Shown here: one piece after another, positions 19,460 to 29,271 of the stretch
Layout: the number at the start of each line of letters is the position of its first letter
Numbering within the stretch: the stretch's first letter is position 1
Sequence record: SRR22947727_5188
Reading direction: 5' to 3' (one strand)
DNA length: 39,078 nt
Made by a program: the position numbers and the translations under genes
Notes under the pieces: generated by a model
What the model was told of the DNA's origin: nothing
Seen by the model: the letters and a program-made list of their open reading frames with translations, nothing else
Database searches by the model: none

Positions 19460-20434
19460 ATGTATCCATTGAGAAGAAACAGACGCCTGAGACAGTCACA
19501 TGCCATTCGCCATTTGGTGAGAGAGACCATCATAACGCCATCGGACTTTTTAGTCCCACTTTTTGTAGTAGAAGGAAAAGGGATCAAAGAAGCCATTCCA
19601 TCTATGCCCAATTACTACAGGTACTCTTTAGATTTATTGGCTAAGGAGGTCAAAGAATTGTGGCAAATGGGCCTTTGTGGGGTTTTGGTATTTGTAAAAG
19701 TGCCAGAGGCTTTAAAAGACAATGCAGGTACGGAGGCGTTAAATCCCAAAGGACTCATGCAGCGCGCTGTAAAAACCATTAAAGACGCCTGTCCAGATAT
19801 GCTGGTCATGACAGACGTGGCCTTAGACCCTTATTCTTCATATGGACATGACGGAATTGTGGAAGGTCAAAAAATCCTCAATGACGAGACCGTAGAAGTC
19901 TTGGCAGAAATGGCCTTATCCCATGCAGAAGCTGGCGCAGATTTTGTTGCCCCTTCAGATATGATGGACGGCCGCATTCTCACCATTAGAGAGGCATTAG
20001 AAGAGGCAGGTTACACAGACACAGGCATTATGAGTTACAGTGCCAAATACGCTTCTGCTTTCTATGGTCCTTTTAGAGACGCCTTAGATTCTGCTCCAGG
20101 ATTTGGCGACAAAACCAGCTACCAAATGGATCCAGCCAACCGTTTTGAGGCGGTAGAAGAAGCCCAGGCAGATGTAGACGAGGGCGCAGACATTATCATG
20201 GTAAAACCAGGTATTTGTTACCTAGACATTGTGCGTGAAATAAAGAACGAGATAGATGTGCCCATTGCCGTATATCAGGTTTCTGGAGAGTACGCCATGG
20301 TGAAAGCTGCTGCAGAAAAAGGCTGGTTGGACCACGACGCTGTGATGATGGAACAACTTTTGGCTATAAAACGTGCCGGTGCCAATATCATTGCCTCTTA
20401 CTTTGCCAAAGATGTGGTGAAGCTTATGGGGTAG
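19460..20434 (+). CDS. hemB: Porphobilinogen synthase
   Basis: DVALDPYSSYGHDG (Asp-type metal site), APSDMMDGR, FYGPFRDA, MVKP. Confidence 0.98.
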   Translation: MYPLRRNRRLRQSHAIRHLVRETIITPSDFLVPLFVVEGKGIKEAIPSMPNYYRYSLDLLAKEVKELWQMGLCGVLVFVKVPEALKDNAGTEALNPKGLMQRAVKTIKDACPDMLVMTDVALDPYSSYGHDGIVEGQKILNDETVEVLAEMALSHAEAGADFVAPSDMMDGRILTIREALEEAGYTDTGIMSYSAKYASAFYGPFRDALDSAPGFGDKTSYQMDPANRFEAVEEAQADVDEGADIIMVKPGICYLDIVREIKNEIDVPIAVYQVSGEYAMVKAAAEKGWLDHDAVMMEQLLAIKRAGANIIASYFAKDVVKLMG

Positions 20435-20490
20435 ATTCGCAACCATTTTATTTTAAAAGGGCTGTATTTTAAAAATGGGTATATTTAGAA

Positions 20491-21412
20491 GTGAAATCAT
20501 TAGAAATAACTTTTTATAAAACATTTTTTTTAGCCTTGCTGGCCACAATATTTACGATTGAAGTCAGTGTTGCCCAATGGCAAACAAAAGTAGACAGCTT
20601 GGTCCAAGATGCCATAGCTCAAAAAGCCTTTCCGGGCGCATTCCTCCAAGCGTTTTTCATTACAATCTTATGAAAACAGGTACATTCACAGGAATTTTCC
20701 CCGTAAAATGTTTCGCAAGATCAATAGATCTCAAGTATCTCAAGAAAAGACCTACACCTACTCAGGCCTTGCTTTTTTAATCTTCCCCAGCCTGATTGAG
20801 CAACTTACAGGAACAGACTATCGCGGGTACTTGCGCAGCCATTTTTACGATCCATTGGGTGCAGACAATTTAGGGTATTTACCTACCCAAAGACTGCCTG
20901 GCAAAAGGGCGGTGCCTACGGAAAGAGATAGCCTCTTTAGAAAGACCCTCACCAAAGGCTATGTGCACGATGAAAATGCGTCATTATTTGGCGGGATTTC
21001 TGGTAATGCTGGCTTGTTCTCTAATGCTTCGGGGGTTTATAAAATGCTTCAAATGTGGTTGCAAGGCGGAAGTGTGGAGGGGCGAAAATACCTCTCTCCT
21101 GAAACCATTGCCGCTTTTACCGCCTTGCAATACCCAGAAAACAACAACAGACGTGGTTTAGGTTTTGACAAACCTTTATTGGGCAATGACAGTCTTCCCG
21201 CTTCAAAATCTTATCCGGCACCTTCAGTGAGTCCAGAAAGCTATGGGCATTCCGGATTTACGGGTACTTTTGTTTGGGTAGACCCCACCCATGAACTCAT
21301 CTATATTTTCTTATCCAATAGGGTGTATCCTTCCAGAGCCCGAAGGGGGATTTACACCACCAATATTAGAGAGACGGTTCAAGAAGCCATTTATAAAGGG
21401 CTGGGAATTTAA
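20491..21412 (+). pseudogene. Beta-lactamase-family serine hydrolase, internally deleted and frameshifted at about 20641
   Basis: Signal peptide + VDSLVQDAIAQKAFPGA joined out of frame to SSKRF...YSGLAF...VHDENA...GNAGLFS...GHSGFTGT; catalytic SxxK segment absent. Confidence 0.8.
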
Positions 21413-21464
21413 AATATCTCTAAACTCGGGAGGTCTTATTCTCTAAAATGATCTGAACTTTCGG

Positions 21465-21472
21465 TATCTTTA
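21465..21472 (+). promoter_or_regulatory. -7-like promoter element for hflX
   Basis: TATCTTTA variant, also found at 2381, 8191 and 32727 ahead of genes. Confidence 0.55.
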
Positions 21473-21494
21473 CACCTTAAATAGCTACAAATAT

Positions 21495-22703
21495 ATGATT
21501 GAAGCCCAGGATCTAAATTATGAGAAGTCGGTGCTCATTGGTGTCATTACCAGAGCGCAGCCAGAGGAGAAAATGAAGGAGTATTTAGACGAGCTGGAGT
21601 TTTTAACTTACACTGCTGGAGGGGAAGTATTGAAACGATTTGTACAACGTATAGATGTGCCCAACCCCAAGACCTATATTGGTACAGGGAAAATGTTAGA
21701 AGTAGCAGAATTTGTAAAAGAGCACGAGATTGGTGCGGTTATTTTTGACGACGAACTTTCTCCTGGACAACAAAAAAACATTGAGCGTGAGCTCAAATGT
21801 AAGATTGTAGACAGGACCTCTTTAATCCTGGATATTTTTGCCCAAAGGGCCCAAACCTCCTATGCCAGAACTCAAGTAGAGTTGGCCCAATACCAATATT
21901 TATTACCCAGACTAGCAGGTCTTTGGACCCACTTAGAACGTCAAAAAGGGGGTATTGGAATGCGCGGTCCTGGAGAGACAGAGATTGAAACAGACCGCCG
22001 TATTGTTCGCGATAGAATTACGCTTTTAAAGAAGCAGCTTCAAAAGATTGACCGCCAGATGGAAACCCAACGCGGCAATCGTGGGGCCCTTGTACGCGTG
22101 GCCTTAGTGGGCTATACTAATGTGGGGAAATCTACCCTCATGAATGTGGTGAGTAAGTCTGAGGTCTTTGCAGAAAACAAGCTTTTTGCCACCCTAGACA
22201 CCACCGTTAGAAAAGTAGTGATTGGTAATTTACCTTTCCTTATGACAGACACGGTAGGGTTTATTAGAAAACTCCCCACCCAACTGGTAGAGAGTTTTAA
22301 AGGCACTTTGGATGAGGTGCGCGAAGCAGATTTACTATTGCACATTGTAGATATTTCTCATTCAGATTTCGAAGATCAGATTGCGGCGGTAAACGCTATT
22401 ATGGCAGATATTAAAGCGGCAGACAAGCCCACCATCATGGTGTTTAACAAGATTGACCAATACAAGCCCGAGCGCTTGGATGAAGACGATCTCATCACTG
22501 AGCGCACTAGCAAACACTTCACTATGGAAGAGTGGGAGCGTACTTGGATGCAAAAAATGGACGGAAATGCCCTTTTTATATCGGCCTTAAACAAAGAAAA
22601 TCTAGATCAGTTTAGGCAAAAAGTATACGACGCCGTGAGAGACATTCACGTGACCCGTTTCCCTTACAACAGCTTTCTGTATCCAGAGGTTTTGGAAGAG
22701 TAA
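21495..22703 (+). CDS. hflX: Ribosome-splitting GTPase HflX
   Basis: RGPGETEIETDRR, GYTNVGKS, DTVGF, NKID. Confidence 0.98.
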   Translation: MIEAQDLNYEKSVLIGVITRAQPEEKMKEYLDELEFLTYTAGGEVLKRFVQRIDVPNPKTYIGTGKMLEVAEFVKEHEIGAVIFDDELSPGQQKNIERELKCKIVDRTSLILDIFAQRAQTSYARTQVELAQYQYLLPRLAGLWTHLERQKGGIGMRGPGETEIETDRRIVRDRITLLKKQLQKIDRQMETQRGNRGALVRVALVGYTNVGKSTLMNVVSKSEVFAENKLFATLDTTVRKVVIGNLPFLMTDTVGFIRKLPTQLVESFKGTLDEVREADLLLHIVDISHSDFEDQIAAVNAIMADIKAADKPTIMVFNKIDQYKPERLDEDDLITERTSKHFTMEEWERTWMQKMDGNALFISALNKENLDQFRQKVYDAVRDIHVTRFPYNSFLYPEVLEE

Positions 22704-22712
22704 GTTCAATAA

Positions 22713-22728
22713 AAAAGCGGAAGCTTTT
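22713..22728. terminator. Weak hairpin between convergent hflX and DUF2480 gene
   Basis: AAAAGC-GGAA-GCTTTT. Confidence 0.4.
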
Positions 22729-22771
22729 AATACGTGATATAATGGCCAGGCTATGGTAGGTTAGGGTGTAT

Positions 22772-23290
22772 TTATTTTTTTTTCTTGTAAAGGGGCACCG
22801 CAGAGCAGGCTTCTCCGTACATGACGCTTTTGGCTACTTTTTGTAGGGCGGTCATGGCCCAGAGGTAGGCGTTGTTGGGAACGGGTTTTTGACTACAGCC
22901 TTTAATAATGACGGCTTTGTCTTGGTAGGGAGTCCAGTCTATTTGGGCCATGGCGGTCTGGTAGAGGTGGCTTTCTAGCGCCTCAAGATCTCCTACGACC
23001 ACTGAGCTTGTAAAGGGACCTAATTGGGCTGTGACGAGTATGTAGGCCCAAGAAGGGATTATGGCGTATGTGCTGCAAAATAGGGCCAGGTGTTGGCCTT
23101 GGTATTGGGACCAATCATGGGCTTTTAAAGCGGCCCTAAAGTCTTTTTCTCTGAGTATAAAACCCTCGTGCAGCCACTGGCTTAGGTCCAAAGTAGTCCT
23201 TTGGCCAATGGGGTAGTGGTCCTCTAAATTAAAGGTTTCTAGGGCGCTGTTGGCTACCCTATTTTCAATAGAAAAGTCTTCTGATTGCAT
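22772..23290 (-). CDS. DUF2480 family protein
   Basis: IENRVANS, ILREKDFR, IIKGCS, MYGEACSAVP; last gene of the suf operon. Confidence 0.85.
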   Translation of the reverse strand: MQSEDFSIENRVANSALETFNLEDHYPIGQRTTLDLSQWLHEGFILREKDFRAALKAHDWSQYQGQHLALFCSTYAIIPSWAYILVTAQLGPFTSSVVVGDLEALESHLYQTAMAQIDWTPYQDKAVIIKGCSQKPVPNNAYLWAMTALQKVAKSVMYGEACSAVPLYKKKK

Positions 23291-23326
23291 GGTATATAGC
23301 GCTTTAGGCCTTAAGGCCGATGCTTC

Positions 23327-23647
23327 TTACAGCATGCCCAGCTCCAGCTTGGCTGCTTCACTCATAAGTTCTTGGGTCCATGGCGGGTCAAAGGTAATTT
23401 CTACTTCTGCGTCTTTTACCGCGTCTATAGATTTCACTTTCTCTTCCACTTCTACCGGAAGGGTTTCTGCCACAGGACAATTGGGCGAGGTAAGGGTCAT
23501 GAGGATCTTCACTTCGTTGTCTTCATTAACTAGTACGTCGTAAATGAGTCCCAGTTCGTATATATCTACAGGGATTTCCGGATCGTAGATGGTTTTAATG
23601 ACTCCTACAATTTGTTCCCCTAATGCCACATCTTTTGATTCTTCCAT
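23327..23647 (-). CDS. sufT: DUF59/SufT Fe-S maturation protein
   Basis: DPEIPVDIYELGL, TLTSPNCP, FDPPW. Confidence 0.9.
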   Translation of the reverse strand: MEESKDVALGEQIVGVIKTIYDPEIPVDIYELGLIYDVLVNEDNEVKILMTLTSPNCPVAETLPVEVEEKVKSIDAVKDAEVEITFDPPWTQELMSEAAKLELGML

Positions 23648-23659
23648 AGCTGCTATTTT

Positions 23660-24094
23660 TTAGGCGTCTTTTACCTGCGTTTGATACGCCACTGCGTATA
23701 ATTTTATTTGTTTGATCATGCTCACTAGGCCGTTGGCTCTCGTGGCAGATAAATGTTCTTTTAGGCCAATCTCATCTATAAAATCTGTGCTGGCGTCTAA
23801 AATGTCCATGGGTTTTTGATTGGAGAAGGCGCGTATGAGAATGGCAATAATACCTTTGGTAATAATGGCGTCTGAGTCTGCAGTAAACACCAATTTGTTG
23901 TCTTCTAGCGCCGCATGAACCCAAACTTTGGACTGACATCCTTTAATAATGTGGTCCTCGTTTTTAAATTCAGGGTCAATGAGCGGCAAGGACTTCCCTA
24001 AAGAGATCATATGCTCATAACGCTGCATCCAATCTTCAAAAAAGGCAAATTCTTCTACAATCTCGTCTTGAATGTCTTTGATAGGTGCTAACAT
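23660..24094 (-). CDS. sufE: Cysteine desulfurase activator SufE
   Basis: IKGCQSKVW, DSDAIITKG, LSATRANGL. Confidence 0.95.
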   Translation of the reverse strand: MLAPIKDIQDEIVEEFAFFEDWMQRYEHMISLGKSLPLIDPEFKNEDHIIKGCQSKVWVHAALEDNKLVFTADSDAIITKGIIAILIRAFSNQKPMDILDASTDFIDEIGLKEHLSATRANGLVSMIKQIKLYAVAYQTQVKDA

Positions 24095-25308
24095 AACATG
24101 TCTTTTGCTTTTTGAACCCCTGCTACCAGGCGGTCTATTTCTTCAAAGGTATTGTAAAAACTAAAACTAGCGCGAACCGTTCCCGGTATGCTGTAATAAT
24201 CCATAATAGGTTGGGCGCAGTGGTGTCCGGTTCTCACGGCTATACCCATCTGGTCTAAAATGCTTCCAATGTCGTAAGGGTGCAGCCCCTTGATGTTAAA
24301 AGAGACAACGGCCGTCTTTTCTGCAGCGGTCCCGTATATTTCTAGGCCTTCAATGCCCAGCAATGCTTTGGTGGCGTACACCAACAATTCTTGCTCGTAG
24401 GCAGCTATCTTGTCAAATCCAATGCTGTGCATATAATCTAGCGCAGCGCCAAAGGCAATTCCTCCAGAAATATTGGGGGTGCCTGCTTCAAATTTATGGG
24501 GCAGTCCGGCATAGGTGGTTTTTTTAAAACTCACTGTGGCAATCATTTCCCCACCACCTTGGTAAGGCGGTAATTTTTCTAGCCATTCTTCTTTTCCATA
24601 GAGCATGCCTACTCCGGTTGGGCCGCAAATTTTATGGGCAGAGACTACATAGAAATCTACGTCTAAGGCCTGAACGTCTGCTTGAATATGGGGGGCGGCT
24701 TGCGCGCCGTCTATTAAGACGGCCGCACCCACTGCGTGGGCCGCGCCAATGATTTCTTGAATAGGATTCACGGTGCCTAGTGCATTAGAGACATGGTTGC
24801 AAAACACCAATTTAGTGGCTGGAGAAATCATGGCGTGAAAAGCCGCCATGTCCAGCGTTCCATCTATTAACATAGGAATCACCTTGAGCACTGCACCTGT
24901 TTTTTCTGCCGCCATTTGCCAAGGCACAATGTTGGAGTGGTGTTCTAGTGCAGAGACCAATAGTTCATCGCCCGCTTTTAAAAGGGCTTCAAAACCGCTG
25001 GCCACAATATTAATACTGTGGGTGGCTCCCGCCGTGAGAATGACCTCATAGGCGTGGGCGGCATTAAAGTGTTTTTGCACCTTAATTCTGGCCTGCTCAT
25101 AAGCGTCTGTAGCTTCTTGAGACAGGCTGTGCACCCCACGGTGAATATTGGCATTGTAGTAACTGTAGTAATGGGTAATGGCCTCAATGACCGCCAAAGG
25201 CGTCTGTGACGTAGCGGCATTGTCCAAATATACCAAGTCCTGCCCATGTACTTTTCTAGAAAGAATGGGAAAGTCTTTTCTAATGGCTGCAACGTCTAAT
25301 GTAGGCAT
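24088..25308 (-). CDS. sufS: Cysteine desulfurase SufS
   Basis: YLDNAAT, SAHK, RTGHHCAQP; start taken at MPTLD (25308). Confidence 0.95.
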   Translation of the reverse strand: MPTLDVAAIRKDFPILSRKVHGQDLVYLDNAATSQTPLAVIEAITHYYSYYNANIHRGVHSLSQEATDAYEQARIKVQKHFNAAHAYEVILTAGATHSINIVASGFEALLKAGDELLVSALEHHSNIVPWQMAAEKTGAVLKVIPMLIDGTLDMAAFHAMISPATKLVFCNHVSNALGTVNPIQEIIGAAHAVGAAVLIDGAQAAPHIQADVQALDVDFYVVSAHKICGPTGVGMLYGKEEWLEKLPPYQGGGEMIATVSFKKTTYAGLPHKFEAGTPNISGGIAFGAALDYMHSIGFDKIAAYEQELLVYATKALLGIEGLEIYGTAAEKTAVVSFNIKGLHPYDIGSILDQMGIAVRTGHHCAQPIMDYYSIPGTVRASFSFYNTFEEIDRLVAGVQKAKDMLC

Positions 25309-25312
25309 GTTT

Positions 25313-26629
25313 TTATAGTTCAAATCCAAGATTTACCCCTAATTTTTCTGCGATTAAGGCGTTTACCCTTTTCTTGAGTTCCGGAATACGCACACTCTCC
25401 AACACATTGTTGGCAAAGGCATACATGAGTAGCGCCTGGGCTTCTTTTTTTCCAATTCCCCTAGACTGCAAGTAAAACAAGGCATCATGGTCTAATTGAC
25501 CGATGGTACAGCCGTGAGAACACTTTACGTCGTCTGCAAAAATCTCTAGTTGCGGCTTGGTGTTTATACTAGACTTATCAGAGATAAGCAGGTTGTTGTT
25601 TTGTTGGAATGCGTTGGTTTTTTGCGCCAAACGATCCACCATTATTTTACCGTTAAATACGCCGGTACTGTTGCCGTCGTAAATTCCTTTGTAATCTTGG
25701 TGGCTCTCACAATTGGGCTGAATGTGGTGTACGAGAGTATGGTGGTCTACATGCTGGCCGTCTCCAATAATAGTCACTCCCTTCATGGTAGAGTCTATAC
25801 GCTCCCCATTTTGGTAGAAATTTAAATTGTTTCTGGTCATTTTACCGCCAAAAGAGAAGGTGTGTAGTGTCACCACAGACTTGCTGTGCTGGTCTATATA
25901 GGTGTTGTCTACCAGACTAGCGCTACTGTTGTCATTTTGAACTTTGTAAAAATCTATGATAGCACTTTTGGCTGCAAAAATTTCTGTTACTGCATTGGTA
26001 AACACCGCATTTTCACTTAAAGACTGGTGGCGTTCTAGAATTTGCACCTCTGCATTTTCTTCTACCACCACTAGGTTTCTAGGTTGTAGTAAAAGCGCTT
26101 GCTCGCGACCTGTAGCAAAATGAATGATCTCAATAGGCTTCATGGCCTGAGTATTCTTGGGAATGTGAATATAGGCCCCTTCTTTGCTAAAAGCAGTGTT
26201 GAGTGCCGTGAGGTTTTCTTCCTTGGAAGCTACCTTATTAAAATAAGCCTCAATAATAGGCTTGTACATTTCTTTTGTGAGGGCCGCAGACATAAGACAG
26301 ACGTCTATGCCTTGGTGGGTGGTCTCCGATAAAAAAGAACTGTACACCCCGTCTACAAAAACAATTTTATAGGTGTCTACTTCGTGTAAAAAGTATTTTT
26401 TAACGTCTTTATACTCTAAAGTGGCTGCTTCCTTTGGAAAAATATTAAAGTCTAATTTTTCTAAAGATTTTAGGGAAGTGTACTTCCATGCTTCCATTTT
26501 TTTGGTTGGAAATCCTTGGTTTTCAAAGACTTTCATGGCTGCAGAACGAACGTCATGCACCGGATGGTCTAAGTCTACCTGGTTCTCAAAGGCCATAAAG
26601 GCGTTTACTAGCTTGTCTTTCAGTTCCAT
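25313..26629 (-). CDS. sufD: Fe-S assembly protein SufD
   Basis: EAWKYT, KPQLEIFADDVKCSHG, LFYLQSRG. Confidence 0.96.
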   Translation of the reverse strand: MELKDKLVNAFMAFENQVDLDHPVHDVRSAAMKVFENQGFPTKKMEAWKYTSLKSLEKLDFNIFPKEAATLEYKDVKKYFLHEVDTYKIVFVDGVYSSFLSETTHQGIDVCLMSAALTKEMYKPIIEAYFNKVASKEENLTALNTAFSKEGAYIHIPKNTQAMKPIEIIHFATGREQALLLQPRNLVVVEENAEVQILERHQSLSENAVFTNAVTEIFAAKSAIIDFYKVQNDNSSASLVDNTYIDQHSKSVVTLHTFSFGGKMTRNNLNFYQNGERIDSTMKGVTIIGDGQHVDHHTLVHHIQPNCESHQDYKGIYDGNSTGVFNGKIMVDRLAQKTNAFQQNNNLLISDKSSINTKPQLEIFADDVKCSHGCTIGQLDHDALFYLQSRGIGKKEAQALLMYAFANNVLESVRIPELKKRVNALIAEKLGVNLGFEL

Positions 26630-27382
26630 CTATAGCGCTGTTTCTTGTTTGATCCAGTCGTAGCCTTTTTCTTCCAATTCAAGGGCCAAACTCGCGTCCC
26701 CAGATTTTACAATCTTTCCGTCGTACAACACATGTACAAAGTCAGGTACTATATAGTCTAACAAACGCTGGTAGTGGGTGATCACGACTACCGCATTGTC
26801 TTTTGAACGCAGTTTATTTACCCCAGCCGCTACAATTCTAAGGGCGTCAATATCCAATCCAGAATCTGTTTCGTCTAGTATGGCTACTTTGGGTTCCAAC
26901 ATGGCCATTTGGAAAATTTCGTTACGCTTCTTCTCTCCACCAGAAAAGCCTTCATTGAGGGATCTCGATAAGAATTTGCGGTCTATTTCTAACAATTCCG
27001 CCTTTTCCTTGATCATTTTAAGCATCTCATTGGCAGGCATGTCTTCCTGGCCTCTGGCTTTACGGGATTCATTAATGGCGGTTTTCATAAAGTTGGTTAC
27101 CGTCACGCCTGGAATTTCGATAGGGTATTGAAAAGACAAAAAGATTCCTTTGTGAGCGCGCTCTTCAGGAGCGTTATCGGCCAAATCTTGGCCATCTAAT
27201 AACACTTCTCCTTTGGTGACTTCAAATTCATCTTTACCTGCTACTACAGAAGCCAAAGTACTTTTACCAGCACCGTTAGGACCCATAATAGCATGGACTT
27301 CTCCAGGTTTTACCACAAGGTTAATGCCCTTTAATATCTCTTTATTGTCTACACTTGCGTGTAAGTTTTTAATCTCTAACAT
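26630..27382 (-). CDS. sufC: Fe-S assembly ATPase SufC
   Basis: GPNGAGKST, FSGGEKKR, DETDSGLDID. Confidence 0.97.
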   Translation of the reverse strand: MLEIKNLHASVDNKEILKGINLVVKPGEVHAIMGPNGAGKSTLASVVAGKDEFEVTKGEVLLDGQDLADNAPEERAHKGIFLSFQYPIEIPGVTVTNFMKTAINESRKARGQEDMPANEMLKMIKEKAELLEIDRKFLSRSLNEGFSGGEKKRNEIFQMAMLEPKVAILDETDSGLDIDALRIVAAGVNKLRSKDNAVVVITHYQRLLDYIVPDFVHVLYDGKIVKSGDASLALELEEKGYDWIKQETAL

Positions 27383-27413
27383 TTTTTTATTCTATAGGGT
27401 GACGGCGCAGTGT

Positions 27414-28859
27414 TTATCCTACTGAGCCTTCTAAACTGATTTCTAATAATTTTTGTGCTTCTACCGCAAACTCCATTGGAAGCTTGTTTAAGACCTCTTT
27501 GCTAAACCCATTGACAATTAAGGCAATGGCTTTTTCTGTAGGAATACCTCGTTGGTTGCAATAGAAAATCTGGTCTTCTCCAATTTTTGAGGTGGTGGCT
27601 TCGTGCTCAATTTGAGCCGTTTTGTTCTTCACTTCAATATAAGGAAAAGTGTGTGCGCCACATTGGTCACCCATCAGTAGGGAGTCGCATTGAGAAAAGT
27701 TTCTAGCATTTTCTGCCCTTGCACCCACTTGAACCAATCCACGGTAAGAATTCTGTGATTTACCCGCAGAAATACCCTTAGAAATAATGGTACTTCTGGT
27801 ATTCTTCCCAAGGTGTATCATCTTAGTGCCCGTGTCTGCTTGCTGGAAATTATTGGTGACCGCAATGGAGTAAAACTCTCCAATAGAATGGTCTCCTTTA
27901 AGTACGCAAGACGGGTATTTCCAAGTGACTGCAGAACCTGTTTCTACCTGTGTCCAAGAAATTTTAGCGTGGTTTTCACAAATTCCTCTCTTGGTCACAA
28001 AATTATACACCCCGCCTTTTCCTTGCTTGTCCCCAGGGAACCAGTTTTGAACGGTGGAGTATTTTATCTCTGCGTGATCTAAAGCTACAAGCTCTACCAC
28101 GGCAGCGTGTAATTGATTTTCATCTCTGGAGGGCGCCGTACAACCTTCTAAATAACTCACATAAGAGCCCTCATCTGCAATCACTAGCGTGCGCTCGAAT
28201 TGTCCTGTACCTGCTTGGTTAATTCTGAAGTAAGTAGAGAGTTCCATAGGGCAACGAACGCCTTTTGGAATATAACAGAAAGAGCCGTCGGAGAATACCG
28301 CAGAGTTTAAAGCTGCGTAATAGTTGTCTTTTTGAGGCACCACAGAACCAATATATTTTTTCACTAATTCAGGATGCTCTCTAATGGCCTCTGAAATAGA
28401 GCAGAAAATAATCCCTTTTTCTCCCAGGGTCTTTTTAAAGGTAGTGGCTACAGATACGGAGTCCATGACAATGTCTACCGCTACGCCTGCTAGCATTTTT
28501 TGTTCGTCCAATGAAATACCCAAACGCTTAAAAGTGTCTAACAATTCGGGATCTACCTCGTCTATAGAATCGTATTTGGGTTTTTTATTGGGGGCGGAAT
28601 AATAAGAAATGGCCTGAAAATCTGGCTTGGTGTAATGCACGTTCGCCCATTCCGGTTCTTCCATTTCCAGCCATGACCTGTAAGCGTCTAAACGCCACTG
28701 GGTCATCCATTCTGGTTCTTCTTTTTTCTTGGAGATGGCTACGACAATCTCTTCGCTAAGCCCAATGGAAAAAGTATCGGATTCTATGTCTGTATAAAAG
28801 CCGTACTCATACTCTTTGGTCTCCAGTTCTTTTTTTAATTCTTCTTCCGTGTATGCCAT
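27414..28859 (-). CDS. sufB: Fe-S assembly protein SufB
   Basis: [24 protein letters not shown]; start at MAYTEEE (28859). Confidence 0.97.
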   Translation of the reverse strand: MAYTEEELKKELETKEYEYGFYTDIESDTFSIGLSEEIVVAISKKKEEPEWMTQWRLDAYRSWLEMEEPEWANVHYTKPDFQAISYYSAPNKKPKYDSIDEVDPELLDTFKRLGISLDEQKMLAGVAVDIVMDSVSVATTFKKTLGEKGIIFCSISEAIREHPELVKKYIGSVVPQKDNYYAALNSAVFSDGSFCYIPKGVRCPMELSTYFRINQAGTGQFERTLVIADEGSYVSYLEGCTAPSRDENQLHAAVVELVALDHAEIKYSTVQNWFPGDKQGKGGVYNFVTKRGICENHAKISWTQVETGSAVTWKYPSCVLKGDHSIGEFYSIAVTNNFQQADTGTKMIHLGKNTRSTIISKGISAGKSQNSYRGLVQVGARAENARNFSQCDSLLMGDQCGAHTFPYIEVKNKTAQIEHEATTSKIGEDQIFYCNQRGIPTEKAIALIVNGFSKEVLNKLPMEFAVEAQKLLEISLEGSVG

Positions 28860-28881
28860 TTTCTTTTTTTTAGGGAGTTGG

Positions 28882-29211
28882 TTATAGAGAAAAACTCTCT
28901 CCACAACCACAGGTGCGTTGGGCGTTGGGGTTGTTAAACACAAACCCTTTGCCATTAAGGCCTCCTGAGTATTCTAAGACGGTACCTACCAGATATAAAA
29001 AACTCTTTTTATCTACTAGGATACGCACCTCATTGTCTTCAAAAACTTGGTCTGTTTCACCAGCAGTCTTATCGAAAGTAAGTGCATAAGAAAGGCCACT
29101 ACAGCCGCCACTTTCAACGCCTACTCTAACATAATCTGCTTGGGCATTAAAGCCTTCTTCCTCCATGAGGGACATGACTTTTTTCTTTGCTGTTTCAGAT
29201 ACGCTGATCAT
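28882..29211 (-). CDS. sufA: A-type Fe-S carrier (HesB/IscA/SufA)
   Basis: GGCSG and CGCGESF; start at MISVS (29211). Confidence 0.93.
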   Translation of the reverse strand: MISVSETAKKKVMSLMEEEGFNAQADYVRVGVESGGCSGLSYALTFDKTAGETDQVFEDNEVRILVDKKSFLYLVGTVLEYSGGLNGKGFVFNNPNAQRTCGCGESFSL

Positions 29212-29215
29212 TCTT

Positions 29216-29234
29216 AAATAGATTAATTCTAAAT
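29216..29234. promoter_or_regulatory. Degenerate copy of the Fur-type box at the suf operon
   Basis: AAATAGATTAATTCTAAAT matches ATTTAGAATnATTCTAAAT at 15/18 positions; lies between promoter and ATG. Confidence 0.65.
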
Positions 29235-29240
29235 TAGACA

Positions 29241-29267
29241 CAAATATACATAAAGATTGTATTTTTG
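29241..29267. promoter_or_regulatory. Back-to-back -7 promoters for suf (-) and thiL (+)
   Basis: TATATTTG on the minus strand at 29241-29248; TATTTTTG on the plus strand at 29260-29267. Confidence 0.7.
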
Positions 29268-29271
29268 CGGC

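Noticed and set aside
21407-21425. Possible Fur-type box upstream of hflX (ATTTAAAATATCTCTAAAC)
   Set aside because: 14/18 but lacks the core G, overlaps a stop codon and lies upstream of the promoter; likely chance
28860-28955. N-terminal extension of SufB
   Set aside because: Overlaps sufA; the family start MAYTEE is at 28859
29212-29271. TPP riboswitch ahead of thiL
   Set aside because: No room (60-bp divergent spacer) and no CTGAGA core
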